Numbered from the stretch's first letter, positions 50,582 to 60,986 are shown. The stretch: DNA of 64,000 nt from Candidatus Woesearchaeota archaeon (GCA_018668595.1 JABJCP010000043.1:36490-100489); one strand, 5' to 3'. Notes: generated by a model not told the origin, from the letters alone. A program made the numbers and translations.

Positions 50582-51106
50582 TTATTTTTTCTTTGTTTTT
50601 TTAGGAGGATTTAATTCTTTATCTAATTCTTTGATTTCTTCTTCTATTTTTTTGATATTCTCATCATTATCTTGTTGTTCCATTAATTCTCCACACTCAG
50701 GACATTTAAAACCAAAATTCATGCTGGTTTCAAAATCGAGTCTCATACAAGAGCTATTACAAATAAAAAAATTACTTTCTTTTTCTCTTACAAGCCTATC
50801 ACTAAGACGTTCAATTCTTTTTTTCTTCAAAGTTACTGCTAAATGTTTAATTTGTTTTGTTCTAAATGTCCAATAATAAATATACCATCCTTTTTTCTTA
50901 TCTTTTCTACGTGTAAAAGAAACAAGATTTGCATGGTATAGTCTATATAACATGTTTCTAACAAAATTCACTTCAAGTTCTAGTGCTTCTGCAAGTTTAA
51001 ACTCACTAACATTTTTTTTATTTTTAATTAGTTTAATTAATGGAAGAACATCTTCACCTGCAACTTCAACAACAACGTCTTCTATTAGCTTATTTGAAAG
51101 TTTCAT
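50582..51106 (-). CDS. tfe: Transcription factor E alpha (TFIIE-alpha homologue)
   Basis: N-terminal winged helix (LAEALELEVNFVRNMLYRLYHANLV), C-terminal zinc ribbon (C-x2-C...CPECG). Confidence 0.8.
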   Translation of the reverse strand: MKLSNKLIEDVVVEVAGEDVLPLIKLIKNKKNVSEFKLAEALELEVNFVRNMLYRLYHANLVSFTRRKDKKKGWYIYYWTFRTKQIKHLAVTLKKKRIERLSDRLVREKESNFFICNSSCMRLDFETSMNFGFKCPECGELMEQQDNDENIKKIEEEIKELDKELNPPKKTKKK

Positions 51107-51554
51107 TCATTAAATCCTCTTAACATTTATTAAATCATATTGAAATTAAATATTTAATTAGTATTACCTTGAGTGCGATATAAGGTCTTATTTAAATATA
51201 TCTTTTAAAAGTCAATATCTACTTGATTTGTTACATTTTAAAGAAATATGTGCCAAAACAACTGTTTTAACAACATATTACCCCTATTAGTAATATATAT
51301 CTTAAATTTAATTTAAGTAGTTAGTAATATATATCATCTTGAATTTAAGATAGTAAGATTTAAAAGTTTTTTGGTAATCTTTATTTATGGATTCCAAGAA
51401 TTAATTAAAATGTAATTGAAATGAGTCTAGAAAGTAAATAGACAATATCAAATATATTATATTAAAAAATAGTAATTTAAAGGTTTAGTAAATATTTGCA
51501 AAGATTTATAAACAACCCGTTTTTCATCTCAAAAAGCAAATAGGAGTGATTTAA

Positions 51555-51851
51555 ATGGTAAAAGAACAAAGATCCAGAACATTAAGAAGAGTAAAAGTAA
51601 AGACTCCAGGAGGGAGCGTTACTACTCAATATCGTAAAAGAAAACCTAGTAAGGCAAAGTGTCATAATTGTGGAGAGTTACTCAAAGGAGTACCTCGAGA
51701 AAGGCCTTATAAAATGCAAACCATGGCTAAAACAAGTAAAAGACCTGAAAGACCTTATGGTGGTCAGCTATGCTCAAAATGTAGCAGAAGAATGATGATT
51801 TTAAAATCAAGAAGTCTGAGTGAGGCAAAAGAAAATGATGGAAGTAGGTAG
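51555..51851 (+). CDS. rpl34e: Ribosomal protein L34e
   Basis: RSRTLRRVKVKTPGG ... CHNCG...C..C zinc ribbon. AGGAGTGA RBS. Confidence 0.8.
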   Translation: MVKEQRSRTLRRVKVKTPGGSVTTQYRKRKPSKAKCHNCGELLKGVPRERPYKMQTMAKTSKRPERPYGGQLCSKCSRRMMILKSRSLSEAKENDGSR

Positions 51852-52233
51852 ATTATGCACAAAAATTGCAGGAAGAGACTCAGGAAAAAAATGTGTGATT
51901 GTAGAAATCATTGATGATTCTTATGTTTTAGTAGATGGAGAAACAAGAAGAAGAAAATGTAATATGTCACATTTAGATCCTATTAATGAAAAAATTGATA
52001 TTCAAACAGGAGCAGATCACAAAAAAGTTGTTGACGAATTTAAAAAATTAGGTATAGAACTTATAGAAACAAAACCTAAAAAAGCAGGAGAGCGTCCTAG
52101 ACAACAAAGACTTAAAAATAAGCAAGCTTTAGAAGAGAAACCTAAAAAAGAAAAACCTGCTAAAAAGGAAGAGAAAAAAACTGCACCTGAAGAGACTAAA
52201 TTAGAAAAAACATTAGACTCTGAATCAGAATAA
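51820..52233 (+). CDS. rpl14e: Ribosomal protein L14e
   Basis: N-terminal KOW-like GRLCTKIAGRDSGKKCVIVEIIDD and a basic C-terminal extension. Overlaps L34e. Confidence 0.75.
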   Translation: MRQKKMMEVGRLCTKIAGRDSGKKCVIVEIIDDSYVLVDGETRRRKCNMSHLDPINEKIDIQTGADHKKVVDEFKKLGIELIETKPKKAGERPRQQRLKNKQALEEKPKKEKPAKKEEKKTAPEETKLEKTLDSESE

Positions 52234-52290
52234 TTTTTGTTTTTTAAATTTTATTTCTTTACTTTTTATTTTTGTTTAAAAAATTACGTT

Positions 52291-53253
52291 CTAAAACATA
52301 AATTTGTTTCTAGATTTTAATTCTTCTACTAAAGATTCTGGTTTGTAAATTCCAAGTTCAGTAATTACACCCGATATTAAATCAGGATCTACTTGTTCGA
52401 ATGCGAAATTTTGTATCTTAACGTTTTTGGGTTTGTCAGGCCAAACTTCTGATTCACTTCTCAGTTCAATAGGCTCTTCAAAACCAAATATTGTTTGAGG
52501 ATCAAATTTCCAAGAATGAGTGCAAACATAAATAGGTATTTGATATCTTTTAGCAACTTCTGCAAATAATTCACTTCCTATTTTATTGATTACTTTTCCT
52601 TCTACAGTTATAGCATCTGCTCCTATCAAAAATAAATCTGCTTTTTTCAAAGCAAGTCTGGCTGCAGAATCAACATAATGAGTCACTTTTATTCCATGCG
52701 AAGCTAATTCTTTTGCTGTTTTTCGCCCTTGATATCTAGGTCTGGTTTCAGTGTTATGAACCTCAAATTTTTTACCCTTTGATTTTGCTAAAAGTAAAAT
52801 ATCGACGACAGATTTACTATGACAATGAGTAAATACAACCATATTTTTTTTTATTTTTTTAGAACCAATTTTTGAAATTTCTAATTTGCCCTTAGAAATT
52901 ATTTCGAGTGCTTGATCAATTCTATGATTTAATCTTAAAATTAATTTATCAGTTTCATCCATAGCATATTTATCAACATCTGATAAAACATAATTTAATG
53001 CGTTTCTAAGCATGGGTTCTGTAGGTCTTGATTTAAATAATTTTTTCTTTGCGTTTTTTAATTCAGAAATTAATTTATTAGGTTTTGAATTAGATTTTGA
53101 GTTAGATTTTGATTCAATTTTAGAGAAATCCGAAAGAATAAATTTTAAAGATTTTACTGCCGCTATTGCAATATTAGTTGCGCCTTGAATCTCCAAATTT
53201 TTTATATCTAAAACAACTTTATTAAAAGAGTTTTTATTTTTAAAGTTCGACAT
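52291..53253 (-). CDS. eIF-2B alpha/beta/delta family protein (possible ribose-1,5-bisphosphate isomerase)
   Basis: 320 aa. C-terminal GADAIT and GT..A motifs of the IF-2B family. Confidence 0.65.
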   Translation of the reverse strand: MSNFKNKNSFNKVVLDIKNLEIQGATNIAIAAVKSLKFILSDFSKIESKSNSKSNSKPNKLISELKNAKKKLFKSRPTEPMLRNALNYVLSDVDKYAMDETDKLILRLNHRIDQALEIISKGKLEISKIGSKKIKKNMVVFTHCHSKSVVDILLLAKSKGKKFEVHNTETRPRYQGRKTAKELASHGIKVTHYVDSAARLALKKADLFLIGADAITVEGKVINKIGSELFAEVAKRYQIPIYVCTHSWKFDPQTIFGFEEPIELRSESEVWPDKPKNVKIQNFAFEQVDPDLISGVITELGIYKPESLVEELKSRNKFMF

Positions 53254-53270
53254 TTTTATTGTTTTAAAAA

Positions 53271-53933
53271 TTATTGTCTTACAACTGCAACAAGTTTTTG
53301 TTTTAATTCTAAAAACTTATCTAACTGATCTTGTTCTGGTTTGAAAATATGTGCGCTATATTCATCAAAATATCCGCATCTAAATTTATCAAGAGATATG
53401 TTAGTTCTTTTAGAGAGCATTAGTGCATAAAAATAAATTTGAGTTGAAGCGTATTTTTCTAAGTCTGCTTTAGGTTTAAAATCCCATACCCAAATTTTTC
53501 CATCTTCTATTCTCACTATATCTATATGTCCTGTTAATGGTTCATCAGAATCAAATATTGCTTTGTATTGTTTTATTTCATGATCTTGTAGCCAAATTGG
53601 AACTTCAACTCCTATGGTTGTTCCATCTTGTTCTAACATGTGAACTTGAACATTACTATGTGCTGTTTTGTATCTGCTACTTTTTAATCCAACATCTGCT
53701 AGTTGACTTACTTCGTGACCTTCTACTCTAATTGGTTTTATTCCTAATTTAAATTTTAGTGATGATCCGCGAGGTCCAGATTCAAAATAGTGATCAGGAC
53801 AATTAGTGAATACTTGATCGAGATAAGTTCTTAAACTTTCAAATCCATTACAACAAAGAAAATCTATTTTATGATCATTTAATCTATAATGATAAAACCA
53901 ACCATGCTTCATTGATGTGTTTCGAATTGTCAT
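53271..53933 (-). CDS. PD-(D/E)xK (RecB/NucS-like) nuclease-fold protein
   Basis: GHIDIVRIEDGKIWVWDFKPK (D...E.K core), then STQIYFYA (QxxxY). Confidence 0.45.
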   Translation of the reverse strand: MTIRNTSMKHGWFYHYRLNDHKIDFLCCNGFESLRTYLDQVFTNCPDHYFESGPRGSSLKFKLGIKPIRVEGHEVSQLADVGLKSSRYKTAHSNVQVHMLEQDGTTIGVEVPIWLQDHEIKQYKAIFDSDEPLTGHIDIVRIEDGKIWVWDFKPKADLEKYASTQIYFYALMLSKRTNISLDKFRCGYFDEYSAHIFKPEQDQLDKFLELKQKLVAVVRQ

Positions 53934-54020
53934 TTTGAAATTATAAATTTGATAAGTTGATTTAATTTTTATTTAGAAATTAAAAAAAAAATATGAGAAG
54001 AAAAGAAAAAATTTTACCAA

Positions 54021-54284
54021 TTACTTTTTCTTTTTAACTGCCTTTTTTGGTTTTGCTTTTACACCAACAAATTTTCTTCCTTTAAGCATAGATTCTATTT
54101 TTTTTTCTTCACGAATAAGTTCTGCTTCTTCAGATACAATTCTATTTGCAATTTTAATTAGATTTTCATCCATTCTTGCAATTCTTCGTTCTAATAATAC
54201 TAGAATTCGTAAACTGTATACTATTGCTGCAAGCGTTCCAATAATTATTGCGAGTGTAACACCCTCAAGTCCTAATCCTGCCAT
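54021..54284 (-). CDS. Small single-TM protein with poly-Lys tail
   Basis: 87 aa, one TM, KKAVKKKK C-terminus. Confidence 0.3.
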   Translation of the reverse strand: MAGLGLEGVTLAIIIGTLAAIVYSLRILVLLERRIARMDENLIKIANRIVSEEAELIREEKKIESMLKGRKFVGVKAKPKKAVKKKK

Positions 54285-54611
54285 TGTTCAACCTCCTTTT
54301 TTACCAATTTAAAAAAATAATAAGTTTTAGGCTAAATTTAATATAAAAGTAAATTAAAATTAAACTAAATTTAAATCAAATTTAAGCTAATAATATCTAA
54401 TTTTAATTTGATCTAGTATTTAAATGTTACTTTTAAAAACCTATTTGAAATGATGAAAATCAAAGTCAATAAATGAATAAAACTGAATAGAATAACAAAA
54501 TAAAGCAGTAAATATATTCAATAGATAAAATAAAAAAAAATAATAAGAGTAATAAAAAAGATAATAAAAACAATAATAAAAACAATAGAAGGTGATAAAA
54601 AAATTAAAAAA

Positions 54612-55427
54612 TTACTTAAAAACAATGTCAGAAGATTTCATACCGTCCCACTGACCTTCAAACATCTGTTGCAATGCACTACTAAAAAACTTAGTATTTA
54701 CCCATACACCTGCATCATAGGTAGGATGAACATCTGCATCATCTAATAACATAAATGTTAATTGTTCTCCATCAATTAAACAGAATCTGGATCTTACTTT
54801 TTCACAGTGTCTAATTTCTGCAAGACCTTTTAATTCTTTAACTAATTTTTTTGTTTCTTTGGTTAATGGTGCTGCAATTCTTACTGTAAGATTTTTATCT
54901 TTTGCTTTTTGTAAAACATTCTTTAAGAATTCTGTTTTTCTCATAAGTCCTTCTGTTGTTGTCATTATATCAACTGAAGACTTTGCAGATTTAACCATTG
55001 TTTCAATATGATTATATAAATTTCCTCTACCTTTTAATGCACCACTAATATCTGTTGGTTCAATAAGTTCTACACCTTGATCATGAAGAGTGTTTAACTC
55101 GGATAGAATGTCGCTTCCCTTTAAATTATCTAATATTTTAGTGTGATTAGTAGCCTCATCTTGAACTTTTCGTTTAACTCGCTCTAATACTTCTGCGGGA
55201 GCAACTGCCACATACTTAATTGGCTTTCCTAATTTCATTATAATAAATCCTTTTCTTTCTAGACTTTCTAATACATCATAAGATCTAGATCTTGGAACAT
55301 TTGCAATATCTGATAGCTCACCTGCAGTAGAAACGCCTCGCGAGAGTAACGCTGTCCAAAGCTTGCTTTCATATGTGTTTAACCCGAAATCTTTGAGCTT
55401 ACTTAAAAATTCTTTCTGTACAATCAT
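54612..55427 (-). CDS. TrmB-family transcriptional regulator (copy B, inverted paralog of 45229-46032)
   Basis: N-terminal 90 aa about 75% identical to copy A. GGAAGGTG RBS. Confidence 0.75.
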   Translation of the reverse strand: MIVQKEFLSKLKDFGLNTYESKLWTALLSRGVSTAGELSDIANVPRSRSYDVLESLERKGFIIMKLGKPIKYVAVAPAEVLERVKRKVQDEATNHTKILDNLKGSDILSELNTLHDQGVELIEPTDISGALKGRGNLYNHIETMVKSAKSSVDIMTTTEGLMRKTEFLKNVLQKAKDKNLTVRIAAPLTKETKKLVKELKGLAEIRHCEKVRSRFCLIDGEQLTFMLLDDADVHPTYDAGVWVNTKFFSSALQQMFEGQWDGMKSSDIVFK

Positions 55428-55876
55428 TGTGTGGCACCTTCCATATATTCATTAATTAATCTTCTATCAGGCTTCTTTAATAGTTATGAAGCAATTCTAG
55501 TGTTTATTTAAACAAAAAACGCTAAATTAACGCTTTTTTTCTTCTAGAACCTCTTTTATTTTTTTTTATAGTATTACAAGGATTCAATGAGCTTTATTGT
55601 TCTTTCAGACAACCATAACCCTGTTGTGCTTTTTTACTATTGAGAAGGCATAACCCATATTTAAAGGTTTCGTTATTTTTGCTATTTGATAGTAACAAAT
55701 ATGCCTAAAATATATAAAAACTATATAAATTAAGCCAAAAACTAACAAAAAAACGTAAAAAAACAACATAAAAACAAAATAATAACTTAAATAAATATAA
55801 TAGAAATAATAAAAAAAATAAAAAGTAAATAATAAAAGAAAAAAAAACAGAAATGACAAAAATAATAAAATAAGAC

Positions 55877-56152
55877 TCAGTATCTCAAATCAAAAAAATC
55901 ATATGATTCTTCAGAACAATCATCAACAAAATCAATAGAATCTACTTTAGACATTAAACTACCCAATTTGCAAGCATTCATCAGCTTATTAACAATTGAT
56001 TCGTCTCCATGCACTACAATCTCTACAGACCCATCAGGTAAATTCTTAACATACCCTTTCAAACTTAATTTAGATGCTTGTTGTTTAACAAATAATCTAA
56101 ATCCAACACCTTGAACTTTGCCTTTTATATTCGCTTTAATTTTTTTCACCAA
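55877..56152 (-). CDS. acyP: Acylphosphatase
   Basis: VQGVGFR motif and KGYV...GSVE. 91 aa. Confidence 0.8.
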   Translation of the reverse strand: MVKKIKANIKGKVQGVGFRLFVKQQASKLSLKGYVKNLPDGSVEIVVHGDESIVNKLMNACKLGSLMSKVDSIDFVDDCSEESYDFFDLRY

Positions 56153-56158
56153 ATCACC

Positions 56159-56671
56159 TCAACAATTCCAACTTAATTTATCCCCTAAACAAATATTATT
56201 TTTAAAAATAGAACCTTGTTTAAGTTCTATAAAAAATTTTGATTTTTTCGTCGAGAAATAAAAAGTAAATGGTAAAAAATTTTCTTTTAATTCTACAACC
56301 TTAGACTTCGAATCTAAAAAAACAACATCAATAGGATAAAAAACAAAAAACATATGGATATCAACCAATATTGGTTTGTTAAAAACAAATATGTGCGCCT
56401 TATCTTCAACAGCGCCAAATCCAGAAAACATTAATCCTTTTAGTTTAGAAAAAAAAGATTTTCTAATAACAATATCATTCGCAATAATTAACTTATTTGT
56501 CTTATTAATTAACATATAAAAAACATTAATTATAATTAGTATTAAAAACATACTATTTCCAAAAGAAGAGTACCTAAAAATCAAACAACAAATAACTGCT
56601 TCAATCACTAAAATTTGAATAATAGACAGAGATTTCCACAGGAAATCAAGGGGGTCTAGTAACACCAACAC
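56159..56671 (-). CDS. DUF192-family membrane-anchored protein
   Basis: PIDVVFLDSKSKVVELK and GDKL motifs characteristic of DUF192 (COG1430). N-terminal TM. Confidence 0.5.
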   Translation of the reverse strand: MLVLLDPLDFLWKSLSIIQILVIEAVICCLIFRYSSFGNSMFLILIIINVFYMLINKTNKLIIANDIVIRKSFFSKLKGLMFSGFGAVEDKAHIFVFNKPILVDIHMFFVFYPIDVVFLDSKSKVVELKENFLPFTFYFSTKKSKFFIELKQGSIFKNNICLGDKLSWNC

Positions 56672-56706
56672 CTATTTCCTTAATTATATGTTTCCGAGTA
56701 GATATA

Positions 56707-56714
56707 TTTATAAA
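56707..56714 (+). promoter_or_regulatory. TATA box (TTTATAAA) upstream of tbp; second copy at 56753-56760
   Basis: Two TTTATAAA octamers lie within 70 nt upstream of the tbp ATG. The distal one gives a leader containing the GGGGG RBS at 56766-56770. Confidence 0.35.
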
Positions 56715-56777
56715 TGAAAGGGTATTTCTATTTATATAGTCTTTATGAGTCCTTTATAAACGAATTGGGGGTTAAAA

Positions 56778-57338
56778 ATGAGTAAAAAAGAAATTAGAGT
56801 GGTAAATATTGTGGTATCTGCTTCATTGGGACATGATATACCTTTAGAAAAGATGGCTGCAACGCTTTCAAACACAGAATATAATCCTGAACAGTTTCCA
56901 GGTTTGGTTATCAGGATTAAAGAACCTAAAACGTCTGCTTTGATATTTAACAGCGGTAAAATCGTATGTACCGGAGCACGGAATATGGAAGATGTTAAAA
57001 AATCCATTAAACAGATAATTAAGAGTTTGGAAAAAATTAATGTTAAGATAAAAGAAGAACCTGAAGCAACTATCCAAAATATGGTCGCAAGTGGCGCAAT
57101 TGGAATGGATCTTAATCTTAATACATTAGCAATGAAGCTTCAAAACACAGAATATGAACCTGAACAATTCCCAGGGTTAGTCTACAAACTTACTGTTGAA
57201 CCTAAAGGAATGAAAAGTTTCAAAGCAACATTCTTACTGTTTTCAAATGGAAAGATTGTTTGTACAGGAACTAAAAGTGAAGAGCAGGTTAATTTATCAG
57301 TTGATGCTTTAATAGTTAATCTGAAAAAAGTTATGTGA
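56778..57338 (+). CDS. tbp: TATA-box binding protein
   Basis: Two direct repeats (VVNIVVSASLGHDIPLEK... / IQNMVASGAIGMDLNLN...) each ending in the GKIVCTGA motif. 186 aa. Confidence 0.9.
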   Translation: MSKKEIRVVNIVVSASLGHDIPLEKMAATLSNTEYNPEQFPGLVIRIKEPKTSALIFNSGKIVCTGARNMEDVKKSIKQIIKSLEKINVKIKEEPEATIQNMVASGAIGMDLNLNTLAMKLQNTEYEPEQFPGLVYKLTVEPKGMKSFKATFLLFSNGKIVCTGTKSEEQVNLSVDALIVNLKKVM

Positions 57339-57522
57339 ATTAAAAATTGAAAGAAATCGCATTTTTTTCAATAAACGCTTAAAATTTTCAATAACTTTGA
57401 AAAATCATTTGTTTTTTTTACACAAGTTTTTTTAATCACTTAATATATGTAGTAATAGTGTCAACTATCTAAACATATTCAAAAAATACAAATATAAAAA
57501 AATCAGTAAAAGAGAGATAAAA

Positions 57523-60500
57523 TTGGATGTTTCAGAACAAGTAAGAACCTTTGAAGAATTTTTTGAAAAACATTACTTAGCAGAGCTTTTAGAAAAAATT
57601 CGTAAGGGAAAAAATTTTATTGTTATTGATTTTCTTGAACTTTCTAAATTCAATCCAGAACTTGCTAGTTTAATTCTTGATCAACCAGAAGAAGTTTTAA
57701 AAACTGCTGAAATCGCCATAAGATCTTTTGATCTTCCAGAAACTTTTAAAAAATTTCACGTTAGATTAGATAATCTTCCTCGTTCTCAAAAAATCCCTAT
57801 TAGAGAAATCAGAAGTATTCATCTTAGTAAGCTAATGTTTATCGAAGGAATTGTTAGACAAAAATCAGACGTAAGACCTCAAGTAACTTCTGCTAGATTT
57901 GAATGTCCAAGTTGTGGTAATGTAATTACTGTTTTGCAACTTGAAGCTAAATTTAAAGAACCTACAAGATGTGGATGTGGTAGAAAAGGTAAATTTCGTC
58001 TTTTGAGTAAAGAACTTGTTGATGCTCAAAAAATTGTATTAGAAGAAAGTCCTGAAGAACTTGATGGCGGTCAACCTAAACGAATGGATGTATTTTTAAA
58101 AAATGATTTAGTTTCGCCATTAAGTGATAAAAGAACAAATCCAGGTACAAAAATTTGTGTCGTTGGGGAATTAAAAGAAGTTCCAATTCCTTCTCGAGAT
58201 GGTGGTCAATTAATAAGATATGATTTAATGATTGATGCAAATCATTCAAAAAGTATTGAAGAAGATTATTTAGAAATTAACATTAGTGACGATGAAAAAA
58301 AAGAAATTCAAGAACTTGCAAGAAATCCTAAAATTTTTGATATGTTAAGAGAATCATTGGCTCCGTCAATATATGGTCATGATACTGTAAAAGAAGCTAT
58401 AGTTCTTCAATTATTAGGAGGAGTTTTAAAAGTTAGAAATGATGGTGTAAAAACCAGAGGAGACATGCATATTTTATTAATTGGAGATCCTGGTAGTGGT
58501 AAATCTCAATTAATTAAGCGTGCTCAACTTGTTGCTCCAAAAAGTCGATATGTTAGTGGTAAAGGTGCTAGTGGTGCAGGTCTTACTGCCGCAGTTGTTA
58601 AAGATGAATTTTTAAAAGGTTGGGCACTTGAAGCAGGAGCATTAGTTCTTGCAAACAAAGGTTTTTGTGTTACCAAAAACACCAACATTTTAGTTGAAAA
58701 TAATCAAATTTTGACTGCTAAAGAAATATATAATATGAAAAAAGGAAAAACATCAAATAAAAATTTAAAATTAATTTCATTCAATGATAAATCTTTTTCA
58801 ATTAAAAAAAATAAATTAATTAATGTTTCAAAACGAAAAGCCAATGAAGTATTCTGCTTAGAATTCGAGTCAGGTGATTTATTAGAAGTCACAGGAGAAC
58901 ATCCGTTACCAGTTTGGGATAATGGATTGTTATGGAAGGAAGTAAAAGATATTAATACTTCTGAGTTAATTATTGATTTTAAAGATTACAAGTTTCCAAA
59001 AAAGAAGATTCAAAAAATAGTTATGAATAATACTGATGAAAACATTATGTTAACTGAAGATTTTTTGGAATTTATGGGTTTAATTGTTACTGACGGACAT
59101 ATTTCTCTTAAAAAATATAAAGTAACTTTTTATTCTAAATCTGAAGAATTATTAAAACGATTTGAAAAACTTTCTCAAAAATTGTTCAAAAAACAAGTTT
59201 CGTTTTATACTGATACTCGTTCAAGAGTTAAACAAGCATATTTTTGTTCTAAAGAAATAGTACAAAAATTAAATTATTTGGGCATTCCAAAAGGAAATAA
59301 AACTAAAAAACAAATTGATTTAAGCATAATAAAAAATTTAGCACCTAATTTGATTAAATCTTTTTTAGTTGGAGTTATTAATGGAGATGGATCTATTTCA
59401 AACAGAAAAAGTGGTGGCTGTATAGATATTGTTTCGGGTAATAAAGAATTTATTAAACAACTAAAATTATTATTTAGAAAAATAGGAATAATTGGTAAAG
59501 TATCATCTATTTCTCACACGGGTGGAGGAGTTGTTAAAAAAGGTTCTTATAAAATTTTCAAATTGACAATTACTGGTGTTGGAAACATAGTTAAAATTAA
59601 AAGTTCAAAAATTGTAAAAAATAAAAAAGATAAATTAAAACAAATTTGTTCTAGATTTGATAATTATGGATGTTTTAAAAAAATTGGAAAATTAATTAAA
59701 AATGTTAATTTGAAATTAAAAAAAAATCATAAAAAATATTTTTATGAAAATAATATACGCTTATCTAGATTGAACAAATTGAATATAAGTCGAACAAATT
59801 TAAAAAAAGCAGTTGATCTAATTTCGAAATTAGATTATATGAAAAATTGTAATTCTTTTAAACTTTTAAAATTGCTTTGTTTAAAAAATATATATTTTAA
59901 TAAAATAATTGCTAAACAAAACATAGGTTCTAAAATTGTTTACAATTTAGAAGTTGAACACGATAATACTTATTTTGCTAATTTTATTCCAGTCCATAAT
60001 TGCATGATTGACGAAATGGATAAAATGAGCAAAGAAGATCAAAGTGCGATGCACGAAGCTCTTGAGCAACAAACAGTCACAATTGCAAAAGCAAATATTC
60101 AAGCAACACTACGATGTGAAACTACTGTTTTGGCAGCAGCTAATCCTAAATGGGGTCGTTTTGATCCATATGAAATTATTGCTAAACAAATTGATCTTCC
60201 GCCTGCATTAATTAGTAGATTTGATTTAATTTTTCCAATAAGAGATCTTCCTGACCGTGAAAAAGATACGCGTCTTGCATCATTTATTTTAAAACTTCAT
60301 CAAGATAGAGCAGGAGGTAATCCACCTATTGCAACTGAATTGTTAAAAAAATATTTAGCTTATTCTCGACGATTTTGTCATCCTGCATTAACTACTGAAG
60401 CTTTAGAAGAAATTCAAGCTTATTATGTGGAAATACGTAACAAAGGTGGTGAAGAAGGAGGAGTAAAATCTATCCCTATTACTGCACGTCAGCTTGAAGC

Positions 60501-60873
60501 ATTAGTAAGACTTGCCGAAGCTTCAGCAAGGAGTCGTCTTGCAGAAAAAGTTACTCAAAAAGATTCTAAAAAAGCTATTGAATTATTACATTATTGTATG
60601 TCTCAAGTAGGTGTTGATCCTGAAACTGGTAAGATCGATATTGATGTTTTAACAACAGGAGTTTCATCATCTGCTCGAACTAATATCTCGACAGTAAAAG
60701 AAGTTATTCATGAACTTGAAAATAAAGTTGGTAAAACTATTCCTATTGATGATATTGTAAAAGGTTCTCAAGAAAAAGGTATTGATGTTGATAAGGTTGA
60801 TGAAATTATTGAAAAACTCAAACGTGCTGGAGATATTTTTGAACCACGTAGAGGATTTATTCAAAGGATTTAA
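57523..60873 (+). CDS. mcm: MCM replicative helicase containing a 445-aa intein
   Basis: Zn finger C-x2-C...C-x2-C, Walker A GDPGSGKSQ, Walker B interrupted (…GALVLANKGF | intein | CMIDEMDKM), arginine finger SRFDL. Confidence 0.9.
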   Translation: MDVSEQVRTFEEFFEKHYLAELLEKIRKGKNFIVIDFLELSKFNPELASLILDQPEEVLKTAEIAIRSFDLPETFKKFHVRLDNLPRSQKIPIREIRSIHLSKLMFIEGIVRQKSDVRPQVTSARFECPSCGNVITVLQLEAKFKEPTRCGCGRKGKFRLLSKELVDAQKIVLEESPEELDGGQPKRMDVFLKNDLVSPLSDKRTNPGTKICVVGELKEVPIPSRDGGQLIRYDLMIDANHSKSIEEDYLEINISDDEKKEIQELARNPKIFDMLRESLAPSIYGHDTVKEAIVLQLLGGVLKVRNDGVKTRGDMHILLIGDPGSGKSQLIKRAQLVAPKSRYVSGKGASGAGLTAAVVKDEFLKGWALEAGALVLANKGFCVTKNTNILVENNQILTAKEIYNMKKGKTSNKNLKLISFNDKSFSIKKNKLINVSKRKANEVFCLEFESGDLLEVTGEHPLPVWDNGLLWKEVKDINTSELIIDFKDYKFPKKKIQKIVMNNTDENIMLTEDFLEFMGLIVTDGHISLKKYKVTFYSKSEELLKRFEKLSQKLFKKQVSFYTDTRSRVKQAYFCSKEIVQKLNYLGIPKGNKTKKQIDLSIIKNLAPNLIKSFLVGVINGDGSISNRKSGGCIDIVSGNKEFIKQLKLLFRKIGIIGKVSSISHTGGGVVKKGSYKIFKLTITGVGNIVKIKSSKIVKNKKDKLKQICSRFDNYGCFKKIGKLIKNVNLKLKKNHKKYFYENNIRLSRLNKLNISRTNLKKAVDLISKLDYMKNCNSFKLLKLLCLKNIYFNKIIAKQNIGSKIVYNLEVEHDNTYFANFIPVHNCMIDEMDKMSKEDQSAMHEALEQQTVTIAKANIQATLRCETTVLAAANPKWGRFDPYEIIAKQIDLPPALISRFDLIFPIRDLPDREKDTRLASFILKLHQDRAGGNPPIATELLKKYLAYSRRFCHPALTTEALEEIQAYYVEIRNKGGEEGGVKSIPITARQLEALVRLAEASARSRLAEKVTQKDSKKAIELLHYCMSQVGVDPETGKIDIDVLTTGVSSSARTNISTVKEVIHELENKVGKTIPIDDIVKGSQEKGIDVDKVDEIIEKLKRAGDIFEPRRGFIQRI
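58666..60000 (+). mobile_element. Intein with LAGLIDADG homing-endonuclease domain inserted in MCM just before Walker B
   Basis: Starts with Cys (CVTKNT) and ends with HN, followed by extein Cys (VHN|CMIDEMDKM). Two LAGLIDADG-type motifs: FLEFMGLIVTDGHI and IKSFLVGVINGDGSI. Confidence 0.8.
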
Positions 60874-60986
60874 TTTAAACAATTAACTAATTACTATAAT
60901 ATTACTATAATTTAACCAATTATATTATTAATTCTTATAAAAATTAAAAAAACATTTAAATAGTAACTTTTTATTTTTATAGAATA

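Noticed and set aside
55605-55859. ORF-track entry encoding an 84-aa F/Y/L-rich peptide.
   Set aside because: It lies in a nearly homopurine A-rich spacer. The composition is a translation artefact of the poly-T complement. There is no RBS or TATA, so I treat it as non-coding.
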